DNA of 64,000 bases from Thermodesulfobacteriota bacterium. Lineage in GTDB: Bacteria > Desulfobacterota > Desulfobacteria > Desulfobacterales > SURF-7. The DNA lies in the NCBI GenBank assembly GCA_049320885.1, contig JBMORA010000001.1, forward strand, positions 274,622-338,621, given 5' to 3'. Positions 48,051-57,949 of the stretch are shown piece by piece. Position 1 is the stretch's first letter, and every line of letters starts with the position of its first letter. The position numbers were made by a program, and so were the translations under genes. Under the pieces are notes generated by a model that saw only the letters and a list, made by a program, of their open reading frames with translations, did no database searches and was not told the DNA's origin.

Positions 48051-50693
48051 TCAGAGATGGTTGTACCGTGGCTGATCGGATACTTCGGACACCGGAACAC
48101 CCGTATCCAGCACTTCCGGCAGACGCCCCAGATTTCCGGCCGGCAACCGGGGAAAACCGCTCACCAGTGAAACGGTCACCGAAGCCACATAGGGCACGGC
48201 GAGCATCAACAGAACGATGATCCAGAGGTGCAAATCCAGCGTCATGGAATTGGATCGCAGGCTGACACCCACGGCCCCCGCCAGCAGGAGGATCAATATG
48301 GTCAGCTCCTGTCCCGCTGAAAACAGCGCCTGCATCAGGGCCGGCCGTCCGGTCAGTTTGGGTGTCCTGAAAAACGGCAGTTGGCTGCTGAAGAATCCCA
48401 AAAGAACGGCCTTGGCGATGGTATGGGCCAGCGCCAGACCGGCCAGTCCCCCCGCTATCGTCTGAACAAGAGACGCCTGCATCCGCTTGCGGTACAGATA
48501 GACCATCTTGACGGCCTTGAAGGAAAAGAGCGCAATGGGCAGCAGCGACAGTTCCATCAGGGGCGGATCCACTTTCTTGGGCGCAATGATCATGGCCAGG
48601 GACCAGACCAGCGCCGCCAGGGTAAAAATGAGATTGAAGCCGTCGGCGATCCAGGGCAGCCAGCCGGCGATGAAATGATAGCGCTGACCATTGCTCAAAT
48701 GGCTCGTATCCTTGCCGAAGAACTCCCGGGTGTGCCGTCTCAATATCTGGATGGCGCCATAGGCCCAACGGAAGCGCTGCTTCTTGTAATCCATGTAGGT
48801 GTCCGGCATCAAACCGCGGCCATAGCTTTTGGGAATATAGACCGAATCATAGCCGTGCTCGAAGATGCGCAGACCCAATTCCGCATCCTCGGTGATGCAC
48901 CACTCGCCCCAGCCGCCGGATTCTTCCAGAACCGAGCGCCGGACAAGGGTCATGGTGCCGTGCTGGATGATGGCGTTACGCTCGTTCCGGGTAACCATGC
49001 CGATGGAGAAAAAAGCCCGGTATTCCGCATAACACATGGCTTTGAAGGCATTCTGGTCGGCGTCACGGTAATCCTGGGGCGCCTGCACCAGGCCGATCTC
49101 CGGATTGGAAAACTGGGGAACCAGATCCCGCAACCAATCCGGCCGGACCAGATAGTCGCTGTCGATGACGGCGATGATTTCGGCCCGCTCGTCGGTCCGC
49201 TCCAGAGCGTAATTCAAGGCTCCGGCCTTGAATCCCGAAAGCGGCGCCACATGGAAAAAACGGAACCGCGAACCCAGTCCGGCGCAATGCGCCTCGACCG
49301 GCCGCCACACATCGGGATCCACGGTGTTGTTGTCAATGACAAGGACTTCGAAATTCGGATAATCCAGTCCGGCCAAGGCATTGAGCGTCTCCTTGAGCAT
49401 TTCCGGTGGTTCATTGTAGGCCGGCACATGGATGGAAACCATGGGTAGCCGCTCATCCGGCAGTTTCAAGGCGCTGAACGCCCGCCGGCGCTTCGTCACC
49501 CACAGGGCTTCCGCCCATTCATGGGCTTCGGTGAGCAGCACCATGATCACCCCCACCATCCCGACGAACATAAAGAATCCCACCATCACGGTGGCCAGGG
49601 TCAGATACTGATGGATGTATTCATACACAATCCATACGGCGCCGGTGGCGGCGCCGAAAGCGATCACCGCCAGGAAACTACGGCCGCGGCCGCGCAGGGT
49701 CTCACTGTCGATCAGCAGCAAGGCCAGGGTGACGGCTGCGATAACCACCGAAATGGCCGCCAGGAAATACCAGTGGGGAATGGGGACTATGGGCTTTTTG
49801 AACGGGAATTTGGGTTTTCGGTAAGCATCGTAGACCCCCCAGTAGGCACCCACCGCGCCTTCGGTGTCCTTTTTCCAGGGCTGGTCAAATGCTTCCATGA
49901 TATAATACAGGTAATTTTCCTGCTCCGCGCGGTGCAAAAACCGTCTGAGAAATATCGCCTGGTTGGCTTCGGAGGCCACCGCCGACCGGCGCGTCCGCCC
50001 GTTGCTGGGCCAGCCGACCTCGGTGATCACCAGCGGCTTGTCAGGGTATAGCTTCTTCAGCTTGTTCATATGGTCGACGATGTAATCGACAGCCAGGTCC
50101 ACATGAATTCCTTCCCAGTAGGGCAGCATGTGAATTGCTATAAAATCGACATGTTCTGCCAGTTCAGGGTGTTTTACCCAGACGTGCCATGGTTCGGCGG
50201 TGCTCACCGGCACCTGGACATTCCGGCGCACCCGCTCGATGTATTCGATCAACTGCTCGATGGGAACATCCGCCCGCAGGACCACTTCGTTGCCCACGAT
50301 GATCCGGACGACATTCGGGCAGCCGGGGGCGACCTGCAACAACCGTTCAATTTCCCTTTCGTTGTTGGCGAGCCGGGTGTCGATCCAGGCGCCCATGGTG
50401 ACATTGATGTTATGCTTTTGTGCCAGATACGGTATGTTGGCCAGCACGTCTTCCGTTGTGTAGGTTCGGACGGCATGGGTCTTGCCCTTCAGCAGAGCCA
50501 GATCGGCATCGATCTCGGCCTCGCTGGGGAAATTCTTGGTCAACGGACTTTGGGAGGCCTGGATGGGTGAAAAGGAAAAACCCGGAATGATCGCCGGCCA
50601 GGCGGGTTCCTGCTCCGGCCGGTTCATGTAGCCCCAGATGGAAAAAGTCAAAACGGCCACGGCAATACCGATCAATATGTTGGATCGCATCAT
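48051..50693 (-). CDS. NdvB-like GH17 plus GT2 membrane glucan synthase
   Basis: VGNEV and ITEVGWP GH17 motifs; HVPAYNEP, KAGALN, IDSD, ITED and QRFRW GT2 motifs; transmembrane helices. Confidence 0.88.
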   Translation of the reverse strand: MMRSNILIGIAVAVLTFSIWGYMNRPEQEPAWPAIIPGFSFSPIQASQSPLTKNFPSEAEIDADLALLKGKTHAVRTYTTEDVLANIPYLAQKHNINVTMGAWIDTRLANNEREIERLLQVAPGCPNVVRIIVGNEVVLRADVPIEQLIEYIERVRRNVQVPVSTAEPWHVWVKHPELAEHVDFIAIHMLPYWEGIHVDLAVDYIVDHMNKLKKLYPDKPLVITEVGWPSNGRTRRSAVASEANQAIFLRRFLHRAEQENYLYYIMEAFDQPWKKDTEGAVGAYWGVYDAYRKPKFPFKKPIVPIPHWYFLAAISVVIAAVTLALLLIDSETLRGRGRSFLAVIAFGAATGAVWIVYEYIHQYLTLATVMVGFFMFVGMVGVIMVLLTEAHEWAEALWVTKRRRAFSALKLPDERLPMVSIHVPAYNEPPEMLKETLNALAGLDYPNFEVLVIDNNTVDPDVWRPVEAHCAGLGSRFRFFHVAPLSGFKAGALNYALERTDERAEIIAVIDSDYLVRPDWLRDLVPQFSNPEIGLVQAPQDYRDADQNAFKAMCYAEYRAFFSIGMVTRNERNAIIQHGTMTLVRRSVLEESGGWGEWCITEDAELGLRIFEHGYDSVYIPKSYGRGLMPDTYMDYKKQRFRWAYGAIQILRRHTREFFGKDTSHLSNGQRYHFIAGWLPWIADGFNLIFTLAALVWSLAMIIAPKKVDPPLMELSLLPIALFSFKAVKMVYLYRKRMQASLVQTIAGGLAGLALAHTIAKAVLLGFFSSQLPFFRTPKLTGRPALMQALFSAGQELTILILLLAGAVGVSLRSNSMTLDLHLWIIVLLMLAVPYVASVTVSLVSGFPRLPAGNLGRLPEVLDTGVPVSEVSDQPRYNHL

Positions 50694-51415
50694 AGCGGTA
50701 ACCTGCATTCTGTTGTTGGGATGGGGACAATTATGTCCGGTTGTTGATTTCTGCATCCGCCGCAACCGATTCCTGGACGCCTGGTTCGGCCGACCGCATC
50801 TGGAAGACATTCACGCCGCTCCGGTTCGCACCGGCGACGTGGCCTTCCCACGAGTGCCTTCCCCAGCGTCCATTCACCCGGTCAGCGGCGAATAAACGAT
50901 TGCACTGCTCTGGGATTTCATTTCAGTTGATTTAGGGATACGGCGAAAGCTGGAATTCGTTCGCCGCCAGGGAAATATGGAAGACGATGGCATACATCGG
51001 GGAGTTCCTATTCTCGGAAATACACGCAAACCGTTTCATGTTCATTTCAAGACATCGCACCCCTGTCTGATACGTACTGCAATATTCTGCATCAATCGCT
51101 GCTCCAAACGATCCGCATCTCTGTCAGGTCCTTCAACGGGCCGGTATTTAATCACCATAAATTGTTTTCTGCAAGAAAAAAATGATTGAAAAAAAAACAA
51201 TATCGGAATAGAAAGGAAAATTGTCATGATGGTCCGGGACTCACTCCCCCGCCGATGTTTCAGGAGTTTCGGACCGATACGGGAAAGGCTCGGCGCCCTG
51301 CATCCCCAGTTGGATTACCAGACCGGATAGCATTGATCGATATGCGGCAATCGAAAGCGATGAACGGTTTTTCCAGAGCATCCCGCTCGATACTTCATTG
51401 GACCTCTTGACTCCT

Positions 51416-54400
51416 ATGCGCGTACTCAAAATCTTTCTGTTAGTCCTGCTGGTGGTGCTATCGGTGGGTCTCGCCTACGTGGAGATGCGGACCTCCTTCT
51501 TTCAGGCAGCCTTTTTTTCGCGGATTTGCCGGGGCATATCCTTTTGGGTGGAACCGGGCCCGAGTCATTCCATCCGCTTTCCCCAGACCGGTCCGTATGA
51601 CTTGCGGCTGGGATACAGCCGGATCCCATTTTGGGCCGATCTACTTGACCAGAACGGCTACCGGATCGAACAGCAGGCGCGGGTTTCCGAAACTTTTTTA
51701 ACACTTGTGGATTGGGGCCTGTTCCCGATCTATCATGAAAAAACCCAGGCCGGACTCAGAATACTGGACAGTGGAGACCAGGAAATCTTCACAACCCAAT
51801 ATCCTCAGCGCCTCTATCCCTCCTTCGAAGACGTCCCGCCACTGATCGTTAACACCCTTTTATTTATTGAAAACAGGCATCTGCTGGATGACAAACAAAC
51901 CAAGCTCAACCCGGCCATCGAATGGGAGCGCCTGGCAAAAGCCTTTGTGGATCTCACCATCGGAACTTTCAAAACCGATCATTCGGTGGGCGGGGGGAGC
52001 ACCCTGGCCACTCAACTGGAAAAATACCAGCATTCTCCGGAAGGTTTCACGGCGTCCGTGAGCGAGAAACTCCGCCAGGTGGTGTCCGCCTCCCTGCGGT
52101 CGTATCTGGACGGGGAAAACACCTATGCAACCCGTAAAAAAATCTTTTTGAAATACATCAATTCCATCCCGCTTGCCGCGATTCCGAAATTCGGCGAGGT
52201 GAACGGTCTGGGCGACGGTCTCTGGGCCTGGTTTGATACCGATGTCAACCAGGTGAACCGGCTGCTCTTTTCCTACGGCAGCTCTGGTGACAGAAATGGA
52301 CTCCCGGAAGCGGCGGCGGCGTTCCGGAAAGTGCTGACCCTGTTTCTAGCCCATCGCCAGCCGTCCGCGCTGTTGCTCAAGGACCGCGCACGGCTTCACC
52401 AGTTGACGGAAAGCTATTTAAAGGCCCTTGCGGCAGCCGGCATCATCCCGACGGAATTCCGGGATGCAGCCATGCGGGCGAAACCGGAATTCCGCAAGGA
52501 GATGAATTTCAACTATTCCTTCTCCTTCGAAAAATGGAAGACCACCAATCTGTTGCGCACGCGCTTGCTGTCGAATCTGAAAACCGACCGTTTCTATGAC
52601 CTGGATCGCTACGATCTGACGGTTTACAGCACCCTGCACACCAATCTCCAGGAGGATTTCCTCAAATTCTTCAATGCCATCAAAGAGCCCTCCTACGCCA
52701 TGGGAGCCGGGTTCAATGCACCGAATTTATTGGCCCGCGGCAACCCTTCCGGGATCACCTACAGCGTCGCGCTCTACGAAACGACCCCCCAGGGTAACTA
52801 TATGCGCGTCCTCACGAACAGTTCCAGCAAACCTTTCAATATCGACGAGAGCGCGAAAGTGGACCTGGGATCCTCGGCCAAACTGCGCACCATCGTTCAT
52901 TATCTTGAGGTCATTGAGCAACTGCACACCCGGTATGGCAACCTTTCCCCGACGGAATTGAACGCCTGCCTGAAAACGAATCTGGATCCCCTGTCGCGCT
53001 GGGCGGTTCTCTACCTGGCAGGAACATATGATCGCAACCTGTCCGTCATGCTGGACGCCTCCCTGGAAAGGGTGTATTCCGCCAGCCCGTATGAACAGTT
53101 CTTCACCGGCGGCGGATTGCACCGGTTCGGCAATTTCAGCGACAAGGATGACGACCGCTTCCACACCCTCAAAACCGCCTTCTATAATTCCGTCAATCTG
53201 GTTTTCATCCGGCTGATGCGGGATATCGTCCGCTATCATATTTTCCAGAAAATCGGCTGCGCGCCTTCCCAGCTGGAGACAATGAATGATCAGGATATCA
53301 AGAAGTATCTGGCCAAGTTCGCCGATCAGGAAGGCTCCCTGTTTTTAGCGCGCTTCCATCGGAAATACCGGGACAAATCAGCCGAAGAAGGGCTGCAGGC
53401 CCTCCTGAAAAGCATCCGCAGAAGACCCGCCGGATTCGCGGCCGTTTTTCGATATCTGAAACCGGAAGCCGGACTCCAGGAGTTTTCCCAATGGATCATG
53501 AGCCAATTCCCCGATTCGTTGCTGACGGAAAAAACCCTGATAAAGTTTTATGAGACTTATGACGCGGAAAAGATGTCTCTGCAGGACCGGGGATATATCG
53601 CCCACATTCATCCACTGGAGCTCTGGCTTGTGGGGTATAAAAAACGATTCCCGGGCGCGACCTACGCCGATATGCTGAAAGCCAGTGAAGCCGAACGCCA
53701 GGCGGTCTATACCTGGCTGTTTCGGACACGGTATAAATCCGCAAAATTGAAGCGCATACGTGTCATTTTGGAGCTCGAGGCCTTTCAGGATATTCATCAG
53801 GCCTGGAAACGCGTGGGCTTCCCATTCGATTTCCTGGTTCCATCCTATGCATCCTCCATTGGCAGCTCCGGCGACAAACCCGCGGCCCTGGCGGAACTGA
53901 TGGGTATCATCGTCAACAACGGCATCCGCAAGCCGATTGTCCGCTTCCGGAAATATCACTTCGGCCAAGGCACCCCATATGACACCACCCTGAATATCGA
54001 ATCCCCGCACACAGAGCAGGTGTTGTCCAAAGAAGTCACCGACATAACAAAGCAATTGCTCATGGGGGTAGTCAACGAAGGCACGGCCCGCAGTATCAGC
54101 AATGATTTCGTCCTCGATGATGGAACCCCCCTCCAGGTGGGCGGCAAAACCGGAACCGGTGATCATCAGTACAAAACATTCGGAGCCGGCGGCCAGATGA
54201 TCGGCTCCAAGACCGTCAGCCGGGCGGCGACATTCGTCTTTTTTATCGGCGAACGCCATTTCGGGGTCGTAACCGCTTTCGTGGCCGGTGAAGAAGCCGC
54301 CAAATACAAGTTCACCAGCGGCTTGCCCGTATTGATTCTGAAAAATATGTGGCCTTCCATTAAACCGTTTATCGCTCAACAGAAGACAGAGCCGCCGCAA

Positions 54401-54439
54401 GCCACCGCCGAAGTGATGGAGCTCCCGGGCTCTCCGTGA
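51416..54439 (+). CDS. Large atypical class A PBP (transglycosylase plus transpeptidase with long insertion)
   Basis: FIENR and GGSTLATQ transglycosylase motifs; GSSAK, SVN and KTGT transpeptidase motifs; N-terminal transmembrane helix. Confidence 0.82.
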   Translation: MRVLKIFLLVLLVVLSVGLAYVEMRTSFFQAAFFSRICRGISFWVEPGPSHSIRFPQTGPYDLRLGYSRIPFWADLLDQNGYRIEQQARVSETFLTLVDWGLFPIYHEKTQAGLRILDSGDQEIFTTQYPQRLYPSFEDVPPLIVNTLLFIENRHLLDDKQTKLNPAIEWERLAKAFVDLTIGTFKTDHSVGGGSTLATQLEKYQHSPEGFTASVSEKLRQVVSASLRSYLDGENTYATRKKIFLKYINSIPLAAIPKFGEVNGLGDGLWAWFDTDVNQVNRLLFSYGSSGDRNGLPEAAAAFRKVLTLFLAHRQPSALLLKDRARLHQLTESYLKALAAAGIIPTEFRDAAMRAKPEFRKEMNFNYSFSFEKWKTTNLLRTRLLSNLKTDRFYDLDRYDLTVYSTLHTNLQEDFLKFFNAIKEPSYAMGAGFNAPNLLARGNPSGITYSVALYETTPQGNYMRVLTNSSSKPFNIDESAKVDLGSSAKLRTIVHYLEVIEQLHTRYGNLSPTELNACLKTNLDPLSRWAVLYLAGTYDRNLSVMLDASLERVYSASPYEQFFTGGGLHRFGNFSDKDDDRFHTLKTAFYNSVNLVFIRLMRDIVRYHIFQKIGCAPSQLETMNDQDIKKYLAKFADQEGSLFLARFHRKYRDKSAEEGLQALLKSIRRRPAGFAAVFRYLKPEAGLQEFSQWIMSQFPDSLLTEKTLIKFYETYDAEKMSLQDRGYIAHIHPLELWLVGYKKRFPGATYADMLKASEAERQAVYTWLFRTRYKSAKLKRIRVILELEAFQDIHQAWKRVGFPFDFLVPSYASSIGSSGDKPAALAELMGIIVNNGIRKPIVRFRKYHFGQGTPYDTTLNIESPHTEQVLSKEVTDITKQLLMGVVNEGTARSISNDFVLDDGTPLQVGGKTGTGDHQYKTFGAGGQMIGSKTVSRAATFVFFIGERHFGVVTAFVAGEEAAKYKFTSGLPVLILKNMWPSIKPFIAQQKTEPPQATAEVMELPGSP

Positions 54440-54500
54440 CCGACTCCAGCGTCTGATGATTCAGGCCGCGACCGGATTTGGCACCCGCCGGACCGCGGTG

Positions 54501-55628
54501 TTAATCCGACAGATTGTTCCAGGTCAGTTTCACGAATTTCGGATAGTACAGATCGGCATTTTCATGGAGGTCCGCTTTTTCAAAGGTGTTGACGGCATAG
54601 GTCATGATCAGATCAGCGCCGGAAAGCTCGGGGTGAGCCTTTGCCGCATAAACGACCAGCCCTTTCCGGCCGCTTTCCGGTGGCTGGAAAAGGGACAAAG
54701 GCCGGGACCATGGTCCGGTCACCTCCCTGCCCCGGCGGACGACGATATCCGGATTCCAGAAGCTCATGGTCTGTACCTGGAGATATTGTTGCTGACGCGG
54801 ATCATAATGGACGCTGAATTCCATCTGGCCTCCATCGAAAACCGGTATCGGCCTCTTCATGAATTCCTTCTGCCCCACCCAAAGGCCGGTGTCACTTCGA
54901 AACCATTGGGGTGCCGACAGATCTCCCTGCCTGGCCGAGTCGGTCCTCCAGCGCACCAGGAACACCGGGTGAAGTTCGGCCGACCTGGCCCCGTATGCAA
55001 TCACATAATCGCCCTCTCGGACAACGGCGGCGGAACCGACGATAACACCGATTCGATTGGGCGAAACCGCCGGCCAGGACAGACGCCAATCAGACGGAGC
55101 TTCATGGGGGTTTTCCACCAGCACGGCTTTCCAGCCCACGGCCTCGAAAAATCCATCGTCCCTCAACCCGATCTTCATCAGAAACAGCAGCAATTTTTCT
55201 CCCAGACTGACACCATGTCCGGGCCAAAACCAATTCCCCTGTTCATCACTCCGGAAAAAATCGTCGGGACCGGCGTCACGGCGACCCCAGAAAAAATGAA
55301 GGCCCGCCCTGGTCGGATCATATCCCCGTTGAATGGCAATGCTGTTACGCACCATGGTGGCTTCATCTCTCCCACGACGCCCCAGGGGTTCGATCAGACT
55401 GTCTCCAAAAAGCCAGAGGATGCGCCCATTTCCAAGATCAATGGAGCCGGCACCGTCCCCTCCCAGCCAATGCGGATCCGTCCGAAACAATCCATCAGCC
55501 GCCGGCCATGATTCCGCAATAAAACGATTCTCCGCTTCCGGGAAAAGATATCGACAGGACGGACGGCAAACCAGAATCGCGGCTATGAGCAGACAAATCC
55601 GGAAACGGGAAACGAAATCCTTGGGCAT
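54501..55628 (-). CDS. Exported DUF4185/DUF5005-like beta-propeller protein
   Basis: WLGGDGAGS..LWLFGDS..VRNS..WFWPG..YAAKAHP..YYPKF pattern. Confidence 0.65.
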   Translation of the reverse strand: MPKDFVSRFRICLLIAAILVCRPSCRYLFPEAENRFIAESWPAADGLFRTDPHWLGGDGAGSIDLGNGRILWLFGDSLIEPLGRRGRDEATMVRNSIAIQRGYDPTRAGLHFFWGRRDAGPDDFFRSDEQGNWFWPGHGVSLGEKLLLFLMKIGLRDDGFFEAVGWKAVLVENPHEAPSDWRLSWPAVSPNRIGVIVGSAAVVREGDYVIAYGARSAELHPVFLVRWRTDSARQGDLSAPQWFRSDTGLWVGQKEFMKRPIPVFDGGQMEFSVHYDPRQQQYLQVQTMSFWNPDIVVRRGREVTGPWSRPLSLFQPPESGRKGLVVYAAKAHPELSGADLIMTYAVNTFEKADLHENADLYYPKFVKLTWNNLSD

Positions 55629-55740
55629 TTCACCTATCCTCCTGACCTCAGCTTGTTTTGCTTGACGGTTGACTGGTTTATGGAAGATAGTATCATGGAT
55701 GTCTGGACTCAACAACCCGTGATATGGAGAGGAAATTCCC

Positions 55741-56997
55741 ATGCGGCACATCGGTCAGGACACGAAGAAAAACATCATCGAACGTTTCCGAAAACATGTT
55801 TCCTCCGGAAAAGCGGATTTTTTTGAAAGCGTCGGCATCGATTTCGTGTTCGGCCGACGGGAAGGCCCGTATGTCTGGGATGCAATTTCCGGCAACCGCC
55901 TGATCAACTGCCATTGTAATGGCGGCGTATTCAACCTCGGCCACCGCAATCCGGTTGTAATTGAAACCCTCCGCCAGAGCCTGGAGGAGCTCGATATCGG
56001 CAACCATCATTTGATCAGCGAAAGCCGGGCCGCCCTCGGCAGTGCGCTGGCCGAACTGATGCCGGGAGATATCGCCTATACGGTTTTCGGCGTCGGCGGC
56101 GGGGAGGCCATCGACCTTGCGATCAAACTGGCCCGTGGCTTCACCCGCCGGCAGACCATCGTCTCGGCCGGAGGTGGCTATCACGGGCATACCGGTCTGG
56201 CGCTATCCACCGGTGACGAGCAATACCGATCACCCTTCGGACCCAACCCGCCGGGTTTCATACAGGTTCCCTTTAACGACCGGGAAGCCCTTGAAGGCCT
56301 CGTCAATTCGGACACCGCCGCCGTCATCTTCGAAACCGTGCCGGCCACTCTCGGGATTCCGATCCCCGGGACGGATTATTTTCCGTTTGTCCGCGATCTC
56401 TGCGATCAAACCGGTGCCCTTTTCATCATTGATGAAGTCCAAACCGGTCTCGGACGCACGGGGCGTCTGTGGGGCATCGAGCACTACAACGTGGTGCCGG
56501 ATATCATGGTGATCGGGAAAGGGCTTTCCGGCGGGATTTATCCCATGTCCGCCACTTGCTTTCGCCCCGAATTCGAATCCTTCTTTCACGATCATCCGTT
56601 TATCCATGTTTCCACCTTCGGCGGAGCGGAAGTCGGCTGTCCGGTTGCCTTGAAGGTCCTCCAGCTTTCTTCACAACCCCATTTCCTGGAACGGGTCAAT
56701 GAACTTTCCGAGGTGTTCCGTGGGAGGTTCGAGGAATTGCGGGAAAAGCACCCGGAGATCCTGGTGGGTCTGCGCCAGCTGGGACTGATGATGGGTATCG
56801 AAATGATCAATGAACATTGCGGCCCCATCTTATCCAAAACCCTCTTTGACAACGGGATTCTCAGTGTCTATGCCAACAACGACACCCGGATCAGCCAGCT
56901 GTTGCCGCCGCTGATCATCGACCGGGTGCTGGCGGAAGAAATCATCGAACGGGTGGACAACGGACTGAGCGCCGCCAAAAAACTGCTGGGGCTATGA
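55741..56997 (+). CDS. Class III PLP aminotransferase (putrescine/ornithine aminotransferase-like)
   Basis: FNLGHRNP, GYHGHT, DEVQTGLGRTG, GKGLSGG and STFGG motifs. Confidence 0.88.
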   Translation: MRHIGQDTKKNIIERFRKHVSSGKADFFESVGIDFVFGRREGPYVWDAISGNRLINCHCNGGVFNLGHRNPVVIETLRQSLEELDIGNHHLISESRAALGSALAELMPGDIAYTVFGVGGGEAIDLAIKLARGFTRRQTIVSAGGGYHGHTGLALSTGDEQYRSPFGPNPPGFIQVPFNDREALEGLVNSDTAAVIFETVPATLGIPIPGTDYFPFVRDLCDQTGALFIIDEVQTGLGRTGRLWGIEHYNVVPDIMVIGKGLSGGIYPMSATCFRPEFESFFHDHPFIHVSTFGGAEVGCPVALKVLQLSSQPHFLERVNELSEVFRGRFEELREKHPEILVGLRQLGLMMGIEMINEHCGPILSKTLFDNGILSVYANNDTRISQLLPPLIIDRVLAEEIIERVDNGLSAAKKLLGL

Positions 56998-57010
56998 ACA
57001 ACAAGGGAGG

Positions 57011-57928
57011 ATGACCGTCATGATCATCGATGAAGAGCGCTTGCAACGGTTCGAGGCCGGACTCGATCCCCAAAACCTGCAACAATCCGCCGTTCCGGGC
57101 CATATCGTCGGATATGGTGAGATATCCGCCATTTTTCAAATTGGAGATGACGATGAGTTGGTTTACAAACGCATGCCCCTGTTTGACAGCCGCGCCGCGG
57201 CCGAAACCTATGAAAACATGTACCGTGAATATTGCGGCCTGCTGGAAAAGGCCGGTGTAAAACTGCCCGCCAGCGAAACCCGGATTGTTGAAATCCCCCG
57301 AAGGCCGGTGGTGCTATATATTGCCCAACAAAAACTCCCCGGAGACCGCTTTTGCCATCAGTTGCTGCAGACATTCGATCCATCCCGATCCACCGCTCTT
57401 ATCGAAAAAGTAGTGACCGAAATCAACAAAATCTGGACCTTCAATCGCACCGCCGCCCCTTCTTTGCAGCTGGCCATCGACGGACAGCTTTCCAACTGGG
57501 TCCATGGGGCTGAACTCCTCTATATCGATACCAGCACCCCCCTGTTCCGTAAAAACGGAAGGGAGCAGCAGGATCCGGAACTGTTGCTGAAAAGTGCTCC
57601 CGGTTTCCTGCGCTGGATCATTCGCTGGTTTTTTCTATCGGATGTCATGAACCGGTATTATCATCCACGCCTTGTCTTTACCGACCTGGCGGCCAATCTT
57701 TACAAGGAGCAGCGGCCCGACCTGCTGCCGCAAACCATCTCCGTCATCAACCGCTTCCTGGATCAGGAAACGCCGCCCCTGACCATTGACGAGGTGCGGA
57801 AATATTACCGCGAAGACAAATGGATTTGGATGGTTTTTCTGGCCTTCAGGCGGGCTGACCGCCTGATCAAAACCAAGATGTTGGGCCGGCGGTATGAATT
57901 CATCCTTCCCGGCGTCATCAAACGATAG
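57011..57928 (+). CDS. Conserved hypothetical protein (DUF6206-like)
   Basis: GGGAGG RBS, 305-aa ORF with GYGEIS, KRMP and DGQLSNW motifs; family label recalled from memory. Confidence 0.6.
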   Translation: MTVMIIDEERLQRFEAGLDPQNLQQSAVPGHIVGYGEISAIFQIGDDDELVYKRMPLFDSRAAAETYENMYREYCGLLEKAGVKLPASETRIVEIPRRPVVLYIAQQKLPGDRFCHQLLQTFDPSRSTALIEKVVTEINKIWTFNRTAAPSLQLAIDGQLSNWVHGAELLYIDTSTPLFRKNGREQQDPELLLKSAPGFLRWIIRWFFLSDVMNRYYHPRLVFTDLAANLYKEQRPDLLPQTISVINRFLDQETPPLTIDEVRKYYREDKWIWMVFLAFRRADRLIKTKMLGRRYEFILPGVIKR

Positions 57929-57949
57929 ACTTTTCCCGCCGCTCCGGGA

